From the NCBI GenBank assembly GCA_029245955.1, contig JAQWOH010000043.1:261365-325364 (forward strand): a stretch of DNA of 64,000 bases. The letters run 5' to 3'. Position numbers and translations under genes: made by a program. Under the pieces are notes generated by a model, which was not told the origin of the DNA, did not search any database, and was given only the letters and a program-made list of their open reading frames with translations. Below, in pieces: positions 56,601 to 64,000 of this stretch (the stretch's first letter is position 1; every line of letters begins with the position of its first letter). This stretch comes from Fuerstiella sp. (lineage in GTDB: Bacteria; Planctomycetota; Planctomycetia; Planctomycetales; Planctomycetaceae).

Positions 56601-59600
56601 TGTTCGGATTGAACACGGCGCAGACCGCAGCACACAATGCTGTCTCCAGACCCTGGGGTACGTTCAGTGCAGCATTGACCGTTATGGTTCTGCTTGCCAC
56701 CACAACAACCGCCCACGCACAGGACAAACATTCTGAACAGAAACTCGGACGCCAGAGTTTTATCCCCGCCGATCAGCTCGACACCATATTTGAACGATCT
56801 CCGCACGGAGTCATGTTGCCGCGTGCAGAGTTTCAGGATCTGCTGCGAAAAGCTCAGAATGCTCAGGCGCACGCTGCAGATATCCCGGCGCAGACAATCA
56901 TGCGTTCCGTTTCGTATGACGTCACACAGCAGGCAGAACACGCGATCGTCCGACTGACAATTGACGTAGAACAGTTTGCGAACGACTGGCAGGCCCTCGA
57001 AATCCCCGTCGGAAATCTACTCGTGGAAGAGGCGACAATTGCAGGCAATCCAGCTGCACTCGGTCGCGATCAAAAACACGCCGACATCGTTACCGTATTC
57101 AACCACAAACCAGGTCGCTTCACACTGCAGATAACTTTGTCCACTGCACTGGGCAACGTTGGAAGTGATCGACTTGCCGCCTTTCAGGTGCTCAGCGGTG
57201 CACCGGCAGAGTTAAATGTTGTCTGTCCGGCCGAACAACATCTGGAAGTCAATGACCTTCAGCTGCGCCGTCCGACCGCCCTGGATCAGCTCGCCAATTA
57301 CCAAATCCCGCTTAATTCTCAGAATGCCGTCCGCCTGAAGTGGACGTCGCGACAGAAAAAGACCGACACACAAACTCTTGTATTTGCCCGGACAGATGCA
57401 CAGGTTCAGATCAGCAGCGACACATTAAGATGGACGTCAGAAACCAGACTGTCTGTATTCGGAAGTTCTGTTAATCAAGTGGTGGCGGTCGTTCCCGCGA
57501 CGCTGGAAATCACGTCCGTGGATTCCATGGGACTGGAATCATGGAAGTTGGAAGACGATCCGGAACGAAAGAACTTCACACGGCTGCTGCTGGCATATCG
57601 TCAGCCGTTTTCAGATGACCGCATCGTAAAGTTAGCGGCGGTCGCCCCGAACCAGCCCGAACGTTCGTCTCAGATTCCGTCCGTCGAATTTGTTGATATC
57701 ACGTCTCACACCGGGCGACTGTTCGTCGCCCATGAAGACCAGCTGCGACTGATGTCGACTGTTGGCGGGGGCATTCGACAACTAAGCACAGCGGAAGCCA
57801 CTGAAGCGCGCCCGCAGGACGAAGTGTTCGACTTCTGGCTGCAGGATTTCCTGTTGTCTGTAGCCGTTCGGCCTCGTGACCGCGAACTCTTTGGCGAAGT
57901 CAACTCCGTGCTATCCGTTGCGGACACTACGGCCTCGTTTGAGTGTGAGATTACAATTGAGACACTGAATACGCCATTATTTGAAACCGCGTTGACGCTG
58001 CCGGACGGGTGGCAGATGGGCGCCATAACCACACCAGACGGCGTACCGCTCGCGTGGCGATCCGGCACAACGACCAGTCAGATTGTCGTCGAACCGGAAA
58101 CTCCGATTGAGCCAGGCGCATTATTCAGTTTCTCTATTCCGTTTGTGCGCACGATTTCGGATCCCAATGAGACGCAGACAGTCACTCTGCCAGTCGTGAC
58201 TGTGGCCGACACGCTGATCGTCGGCGGCACGTATCAGATTTCGGCAGCGTCAGATATCACCATCGCGCCAATTGATGTGGCCGGGCTGTCGCCGATTGGC
58301 GATGAAGACGGCACGCTCTTGTTTCGCACACAGGGAACCACCTATTCCGGAAAGCTGGCAGTCACAAGGAAACCAGTCCGAATCTCCAGTCGTTCGGTGC
58401 TGCGTTCGTGGATGGACACTCACCAGAGTACCGTTGAGGCGGTCGTCACCTTAGACATCACGAACGGCACCGCTCGAACGTTACAGCTGACACTGCCGGA
58501 GACGCTGGGCGAACAGGTACAGTTTGATGTCGTATCTATCGCACAGGTTCCCGGTTTCCACGATCAGCAGGTCCCGGCGTCTGTGACGATTTCAGAACAG
58601 ACGGTCGCAGATGCGGAAAACAATGAGCGAACATTCTCACTGACCTTCGACAAACGGATTGCCGGGGCTCTTACTCTCAAGACCCGGATTCAACGGGCAC
58701 GCAATGGCGGACAAAAACTGACGGTTCCCTTTGTCAGGGTCACTGGAGCCGTCAGACAGCACGGTCTCATTGTTTTTGAAGCGTTGCCGGAACAGCAACT
58801 TACCTCGGTTAAAGGAAATGATTCCGTTTCCGGCCTGACGATCGCTGACGCGGGATTGGTGGATCCCCCGCCGGCGGCTTCCGGTCGTCGCATTGCACTG
58901 GTCTACCGATATATTCAGCCGCAATACTCACTGAACCTGGAAGAGACTCGGTTCATGACACAAACAGTTCCCTCAGCGGTTTGCGAACAAATGACGAATG
59001 TGAGTCTGCTCAGTGAAACAGGCATGATTCAGCGTTCCTGCACTGCAAGGTTTCGCTGCGTTGGTGTGCAGACACTTCGTTTCACACTGCCGCAGTCCGA
59101 ACAGTCGTTTCTGTGGTCGACGATCCTAAATAGCGAAGCCGTCGAGGTCCGGCGTGACGACAACGATTATCTGGTGGCGATCCCCACGAACAGCGAGCAA
59201 ACGGAACATACGCTCGAGATTATGTTTGAATCCACAATAACCGACGCCGCGGTTTTTGGTACGACCACTCAACAGTCGCTGCAACTGTCAATCGACACGA
59301 AAAGCGGCACCGCATCGCCTATTGACGTGCTGGAACAGAAGTGGGATGTCCGGTATCCGGACAACATGATGATGCTGGCCTATGACGGCGGATTTCACCC
59401 GCTGCATCCACTGGAGCAACCCGGCTGGCTGCAGCATTTGGCAGGCAAATTCCGTCTACCGACTGTTTACGACACGACAAATCGACTGATGACCGTCGGC
59501 ATAATTCTTCTGACGCTGTTCATCGGAACAGCGCTCGTGTGTCGACGGCGATGGAAAAGTCTGGGCGGCGTTTGCCTGCTGGGAGTGTTGGTTGTGTCGA

Positions 59601-62600
59601 TATCGCTGACTGGCTCCAGCGATCAGGCATTTCAACAGACAACCCACAGGTCCGATCCCTACGACGCCGCGATAACACTGGGGATGAGTGAGGAATTTGA
59701 GGCTGTTGTCCCGACAGAAAACTTCACGGCACCTGCCGCGCAACCGACTCCGGACACACTCACTCGAAATGACACACCGTCGAGTACAATGAAACGGGAA
59801 CGTATCGCCGAGGATGGTGCGACTCAGAAGACGGAACAAGAGCCGCAACTGAACGGTGGGGCGTTCGGCGGAATCGGTGGCATGGGCAGGGGTGGGGACC
59901 GGGAGACTGTCTCGGCCGCGTCTGAACAAGCCGATACGCCAGACTTTGATTTGGCACTCGAAGGGATCATTTCAACGCAGAACGATGATTCAGACTTCAA
60001 CAGCGCAGCTCCTCCACTGCCGGGGATTCCGGGGACACGCGGCAGCATTCCGTTCTCCAGACGATCGGGTTCATCACGTCTTTCGATTCGTGCAGCAATT
60101 GCTCAGCCCGCCGACTACCGTTCACTGCAGTTTCGATCAATTGGCACGGGACCCGATGCCGGAACGCTGCAGGTCGTCGTCCAGGGCAGACACCACTTGA
60201 ACTCCCTGCGACTGATCGCGGCGTCCATCGTCGTGCTCATTTGCCTGACGTGCCTGGGCAGGTCGCCAATGGCCAGAACATGCATCGGCGTGCTTCTGTT
60301 TCTGGGGGCTGCAGCTGTTGTCCCTCTGCTGCCAAATCAATGGCAAAGCGCAGTCGACGGCGTGGCCATCGGCACGGCCGCGGGTATCGGGATTTGGATC
60401 ATTATAGGACTGGCGGCCTGCGGCCGTACCTGTCTGTCATCGTGTTGTCGCGTTATGTTTAAGTCTCGCAGCGCCGCTGTATCCACCAGCATGTTGGTGC
60501 TGATGGTGACAGGCCAGCCGGCCACAGCGGCTCCTCCAGCAGTGTCGGCTCCGTCGCCCGCTGCGGTCCTGTCCGGTGAAGACACGACGGTATCACGTCC
60601 GAACGTTGTGCTGCCATACACGTCGGGCCGACCGGAACTGCTGGCCGACCGGGTTTTTCTGCCGCGAGACGAGTTTCTGAAACTGTATCGCTCGGCCTTC
60701 CCGGATGAAATCGGTGGACGGCAGACAGTTCCGAAGACAGGAGTTTCCGCCGCATTTTACAAGAGTGATGATCTGAGACAGGTAAAGGACTCAGCCTGGT
60801 CGCAGACATTTTCTGCGCGGTACATCGTTCGCAGCTTTTCTGACAGGCCGGTCAGTGTTCCACTGCCGCTCGGGAAGGTCGCTGTCCGGTCCGCTTCTCT
60901 GAACGGCTCTGCCGCCATTCTGCTGGGAAGATCAATGGCGACACCGGTCCCGCCATCTGCAAAGCAGGCAGCTCAGGAGGCCGACAACGCCCGGCAGCAA
61001 GTTCAGCAACGGGCCCCGGAAAAGATCAGTCCTCCGGCCGATGATACGACCGTCTATTCCATCCATATTCCTTCCGCAGGTCTGCACGTGGTGGATATTG
61101 TGTTTGAGGTCACCGCCACTGTTGAAAACTCAATCGGCCGCCTGACGCTCCCGTTGCGCCCTGTCCCCGCGGGAAGCCTGCTGTTCAATCTTCCGGACGA
61201 CGGACTGGAAGTTCGAATCAACGGTCGCAGGAATGCGTTTCGCACGAATGGGCGGCAGGTCACTGTCCCGACATCAACCGCCACAGATACACGAATTGAC
61301 TGGCGGCCGGCCAGCACTCAAAACACTACTGATACAATTTTCCACGCAACCGCCAATACAGCGTTAACAATCAATGACTCCGGACTGACACTGCAGTCGT
61401 CCATTATGATCAACTGCCGACAGGGACAGTTGTCGGAAGTCGACATCGCTGTGCCGGACAATTATCTGGTGCAGCAGGTTGAAGGTGCTGACGTGGCTGG
61501 CTGGAGTTTAGAGTCTGCTGCAGCGTCAACCGCAGACATCGATCAGCCACCAGTGGAAGCCGACCAGCGTCTTGCAGGCAGCAGTGCGTCTCGGCCGGCG
61601 AACCGAGACGCTTCGGACATCTTGCGGATTATATTCAAACGCCCCGTCGAAGAGCAGACATCGGTCAGCCTGAAACTTTTTCAGCGACAGGTCACGACTG
61701 CTGACAAGTCCGATCTGTCGGTGCCCGTACCTGCGGTCAAAGCAGCGTCACGAGACTCGGGAAACGTCACCATACTCGCAGGTCGTGAACTGGAGGTGCG
61801 AGTCAACTCATTGTCCGGGGTCAGTCAGCTCAATGCAGCGGATTCTCAGCTTCCCGCAGGTGCAGACAAGACGTTACGACGCGTTCTTGCGTGGCGCTAT
61901 ACGCGGCACCCGGTTGCCATTACCACCAACATCTACCGACGGGCGGATCGTCTCGTGGTCAATGCGCTGCACGGGGCCCAACTGGAATCACAGCGACAGC
62001 TGTGGACCAGTTTGATGACTGCCCATATCACCGGCGCTCCGCGTCGCCGACTGGAGATTGAGGTGCCTGCCAGCTTCATTGCTCTGGATGTGAGTGCGAA
62101 CGGCCTGGACGACTGGTCATTCACTCAGTCTCAGAAAGCCGCTGACTCCAGAATTCTGAACATCCGGCTCGCCACCGCAACAACCGGTGCAGTCAGCGTT
62201 GTCATTCAGGGGCAGGCCGATCGCAGCAACGGACAGTCAGAGGCCAATCTGGTGCCACCGCGCCTAATGGGCGCCGACGAATCGAGAACAACGCTAAGCG
62301 TGTGGCTGGACGCCTCTTCGGAGATCGCCGAAGCGACCGCCAGCGAATGGAAGCGAGTCGGAAGCGGTACTACCATCGATTCCAGGATTCTCAAGCTGCA
62401 GGCTGACACCCCCGACATTTCATTTACCAATGCTACCGCCGCACCAGATCCGGTCACATTGTCATTGCGACAGGCGCCTGCATCCCTGATTGCGGAATCT
62501 GTATCTGTGACCAACGTCACCGATACGTCCATCGAACTCACTCTGGGCCTGAACTGGACGATCGCTCGAGCAGCAACTCAGGAACTTTCGTTCTCACTGC

Positions 62601-64000
62601 CGCAGGCACTCTCCGATGTTTTTGACTTTCAGATTCCGGGACTGCGTCAGCTCCGAAAGCAACCGGTCGACAACGACCGGGTTGAATTCACTATCCACCT
62701 GCAGCAACCCGCCAGTGAACGCTTTTTTGTACTGGGCACGGGAACGCTGCCGCTGCCCGATTCACGGCAGATTCTGGCGGACCCTCCCCGGTTTCTGGTA
62801 AAACAGGATACCAGGGCGTCCATCGCCAGCCAGTCACACTTCTGGGTCGTTGTCAATCAGTCTGCGGGACTGCTGGAAGCCGTCAACGTGAACACAGACG
62901 GCGACGAAGTGTCTGCCGATCAGATCAAGACCAACATTCCCGCCGGTTTCCTGCAGCAGTCTGTCGCCATCCGTCGGCTCCGCAGCAACCGCCCTAACTC
63001 TCCGTGGCAACTGAAATTCCCGGAACGTCAACAGGTTTCTCCTGCCGTCATCGCACTGGCCGCCCATACAACGGTCATCGCGGAGGATGGAACCTGGCGT
63101 TCACAGCACGTGCTGCAGGTGCGCAACGAATCGCGTCAGTTTTTACCGATTCTGCTGCCTCAACGCAGCCGGTTCCTGTCTTGCCTGGTCAAAGGAAAAC
63201 CCACGCGCATTGTTTCTCGCCCGGAAGGTGGTGAAACACTGTTCCTGATACCTGTCCCTCAATCAGGCGAAGTCTCTACCCCCTTTGAAGTTCGCATCGC
63301 CCTGGCCGGCGCATTCGCACCGGTCGGAAAGCAACTGGGCGGGATCAACGTCGACATTCCTGTTCCCGTATTTCCTGAATATCGGGACTTCCCGGGCTAC
63401 GGAATAACCGTGATGCGGAATACGTGGAGTATCCATGTGCCGGACACGTGGCACAGCACACCGCACAAAGACCCGCGCCACACTAACGTCGTGATCGCAG
63501 ATGCAGCCGACTTCGAGGATGCCTCGCTGCTGTCAGTGGTAGACAACGTCAAGTCGATCATCAATTCCGTACAGTCTTCGAAAGGCAGAGGAGAATACGG
63601 GCGGGCTTATGAGACATTGCAGAGCCAGCAGAATATCCTTTTTTCACAACACGGCAATACAGCGGCTGCAGAGCAACAGCGAGAGCAGGCGCTTCAGGAT
63701 CTGCAAGGACTGTTCGGCGAGCAGTCGCAGCCTCCCGACTTCGCAAAAAACAAATGGCTGTCCGGCTCGACCGTGCCCGACAGTGTTACGAATACGTATT
63801 TGTCCAGTGAAGCCCTCGGTCTGAACAAATTTAACAACGACAATAATGCTCTGTTTATTGCCGGCAATGACCCCCGGAGTGTGGCAACTCAGCAGACACA
63901 GCAGGAATTCAGATTCGCGTTGCCCGCTCAGGTTGAGGCCGACGTCAGCAAACGATCGAAACTGGATGCGATTAAGAAGCTGGCGCCGCAACTGAAATCG
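56600..64000 (+). CDS. Giant envelope protein, modules B1+B2 (>2466 aa, 3' end beyond window); NOT present in the supplied ORF track
   Basis: ATG 56600 overlaps the upstream TAA (TAATG). Frame +2 was hand-translated over 56600-57840, 59456-59640, 60422-60480, 61862-61912 and 63962-64000 without a stop. The track lists no frame +2 ORF anywhere in 56600-64000, as expected for an ORF with no stop in the window. The N-terminus is MFGLNTAQTAAHNAVSRPWGTFSAALTVMVLLATTTTAHAQD (signal peptide). Confidence 0.8.
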   Translation, partial: MFGLNTAQTAAHNAVSRPWGTFSAALTVMVLLATTTTAHAQDKHSEQKLGRQSFIPADQLDTIFERSPHGVMLPRAEFQDLLRKAQNAQAHAADIPAQTIMRSVSYDVTQQAEHAIVRLTIDVEQFANDWQALEIPVGNLLVEEATIAGNPAALGRDQKHADIVTVFNHKPGRFTLQITLSTALGNVGSDRLAAFQVLSGAPAELNVVCPAEQHLEVNDLQLRRPTALDQLANYQIPLNSQNAVRLKWTSRQKKTDTQTLVFARTDAQVQISSDTLRWTSETRLSVFGSSVNQVVAVVPATLEITSVDSMGLESWKLEDDPERKNFTRLLLAYRQPFSDDRIVKLAAVAPNQPERSSQIPSVEFVDITSHTGRLFVAHEDQLRLMSTVGGGIRQLSTAEATEARPQDEVFDFWLQDFLLSVAVRPRDRELFGEVNSVLSVADTTASFECEITIETLNTPLFETALTLPDGWQMGAITTPDGVPLAWRSGTTTSQIVVEPETPIEPGALFSFSIPFVRTISDPNETQTVTLPVVTVADTLIVGGTYQISAASDITIAPIDVAGLSPIGDEDGTLLFRTQGTTYSGKLAVTRKPVRISSRSVLRSWMDTHQSTVEAVVTLDITNGTARTLQLTLPETLGEQVQFDVVSIAQVPGFHDQQVPASVTISEQTVADAENNERTFSLTFDKRIAGALTLKTRIQRARNGGQKLTVPFVRVTGAVRQHGLIVFEALPEQQLTSVKGNDSVSGLTIADAGLVDPPPAASGRRIALVYRYIQPQYSLNLEETRFMTQTVPSAVCEQMTNVSLLSETGMIQRSCTARFRCVGVQTLRFTLPQSEQSFLWSTILNSEAVEVRRDDNDYLVAIPTNSEQTEHTLEIMFESTITDAAVFGTTTQQSLQLSIDTKSGTASPIDVLEQKWDVRYPDNMMMLAYDGGFHPLHPLEQPGWLQHLAGKFRLPTVYDTTNRLMTVGIILLTLFIGTALVCRRRWKSLGGVCLLGVLVVSISLTGSSDQAFQQTTHRSDPYDAAITLGMSEEFEAVVPTENFTAPAAQPTPDTLTRNDTPSSTMKRERIAEDGATQKTEQEPQLNGGAFGGIGGMGRGGDRETVSAASEQADTPDFDLALEGIISTQNDDSDFNSAAPPLPGIPGTRGSIPFSRRSGSSRLSIRAAIAQPADYRSLQFRSIGTGPDAGTLQVVVQGRHHLNSLRLIAASIVVLICLTCLGRSPMARTCIGVLLFLGAAAVVPLLPNQWQSAVDGVAIGTAAGIGIWIIIGLAACGRTCLSSCCRVMFKSRSAAVSTSMLVLMVTGQPATAAPPAVSAPSPAAVLSGEDTTVSRPNVVLPYTSGRPELLADRVFLPRDEFLKLYRSAFPDEIGGRQTVPKTGVSAAFYKSDDLRQVKDSAWSQTFSARYIVRSFSDRPVSVPLPLGKVAVRSASLNGSAAILLGRSMATPVPPSAKQAAQEADNARQQVQQRAPEKISPPADDTTVYSIHIPSAGLHVVDIVFEVTATVENSIGRLTLPLRPVPAGSLLFNLPDDGLEVRINGRRNAFRTNGRQVTVPTSTATDTRIDWRPASTQNTTDTIFHATANTALTINDSGLTLQSSIMINCRQGQLSEVDIAVPDNYLVQQVEGADVAGWSLESAAASTADIDQPPVEADQRLAGSSASRPANRDASDILRIIFKRPVEEQTSVSLKLFQRQVTTADKSDLSVPVPAVKAASRDSGNVTILAGRELEVRVNSLSGVSQLNAADSQLPAGADKTLRRVLAWRYTRHPVAITTNIYRRADRLVVNALHGAQLESQRQLWTSLMTAHITGAPRRRLEIEVPASFIALDVSANGLDDWSFTQSQKAADSRILNIRLATATTGAVSVVIQGQADRSNGQSEANLVPPRLMGADESRTTLSVWLDASSEIAEATASEWKRVGSGTTIDSRILKLQADTPDISFTNATAAPDPVTLSLRQAPASLIAESVSVTNVTDTSIELTLGLNWTIARAATQELSFSLPQALSDVFDFQIPGLRQLRKQPVDNDRVEFTIHLQQPASERFFVLGTGTLPLPDSRQILADPPRFLVKQDTRASIASQSHFWVVVNQSAGLLEAVNVNTDGDEVSADQIKTNIPAGFLQQSVAIRRLRSNRPNSPWQLKFPERQQVSPAVIALAAHTTVIAEDGTWRSQHVLQVRNESRQFLPILLPQRSRFLSCLVKGKPTRIVSRPEGGETLFLIPVPQSGEVSTPFEVRIALAGAFAPVGKQLGGINVDIPVPVFPEYRDFPGYGITVMRNTWSIHVPDTWHSTPHKDPRHTNVVIADAADFEDASLLSVVDNVKSIINSVQSSKGRGEYGRAYETLQSQQNILFSQHGNTAAAEQQREQALQDLQGLFGEQSQPPDFAKNKWLSGSTVPDSVTNTYLSSEALGLNKFNNDNNALFIAGNDPRSVATQQTQQEFRFALPAQVEADVSKRSKLDAIKKLAPQLKS

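Noticed and set aside
59456-60809. Minus-strand ORFs of 157 aa, 94 aa and 116 aa in the apparently empty right-hand region
   Set aside because: They lie antisense to the long frame +2 ORF, which encodes coherent TM helices and paralogous motifs. Their products are Arg/Cys/Pro-rich.
1-64000. CRISPR arrays, rRNA genes, transposases, toxin-antitoxin pairs
   Set aside because: I saw no regularly spaced repeats. I recognised no rRNA gene in the non-coding regions. No DDE or serine/tyrosine recombinase motifs appear in any listed ORF. I recognised no adjacent small-ORF pairs of TA type.

Overview
The window looks like a contiguous chromosomal segment from a Planctomycetota-type genome. This placement is an inference from gene content: a PSCyt/DUF1592 + DUF1552 gene pair, giant envelope ORFs, many lipoproteins and Q/P-rich tails. 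No database search was possible.

I can support about 40 CDS, one tRNA-Cys(GCA), two hairpin terminators and a few short repeats. I saw no CRISPR array, rRNA, transposase or integrase.

**Genes recognised, left to right:**
- The tail of a Tad/Cpa-like pilus locus: secretin, a lipoprotein and a TPR lipoprotein.
- dnaA, a GT4 glycosyltransferase, and an exported PIMT fusion.
- An HtrA-like protein with all three catalytic residues replaced, then floA and a FabH-like KAS III.
- A degenerate sigma54-activator-like regulator.
- An SGNH-like gene, gdh and a cNMP-binding gene in tight succession, then proA.
- The DUF1592/DUF1552 pair, a DUF2585 protein and putA.
- An HDOD + degenerate-GGDEF protein, htrA and tRNA-Cys.
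- A minus-strand run of rny, a GntP-like permease, a 1322-aa orphan and a 158-aa orphan.
- tilS, an MFS transporter, a CoiA-like nuclease, a BRCT-MerR-TPR protein, glyA, a CE4 deacetylase and a LarE-like gene.

**Findings worth the most attention:**
1. A >7.4-kb ORF in frame +2 from nt 56600 runs off the window and is absent from the supplied ORF track. With the preceding 1219-aa ORF it makes three tandem paralogous envelope modules. Each has a signal or anchor segment, a ~1000-aa ectodomain and a 3-TM anchor. Two modules are fused in one polypeptide, and I cannot assign them to any family.
2. Two 'separate' minus-strand ORFs at 45801..46328 are one thioredoxin-fold gene. An in-frame TGA sits exactly at the first Cys of W-C-x-x-C, giving W-U-P-H-C, and a SECIS-like hairpin follows. 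This is a probable selenoprotein.
3. The 1322-aa soluble acidic protein has no motif I recognise.
4. Several enzyme homologues have lost catalytic residues: the S1C protease, the SGNH hydrolase, the AAA+ EBP and the GGDEF domain.

All domain calls come from reading motifs by eye. Start codons are often uncertain, and several ORF-track starts are upstream TTG/GTG codons that I moved to better-supported ATGs.
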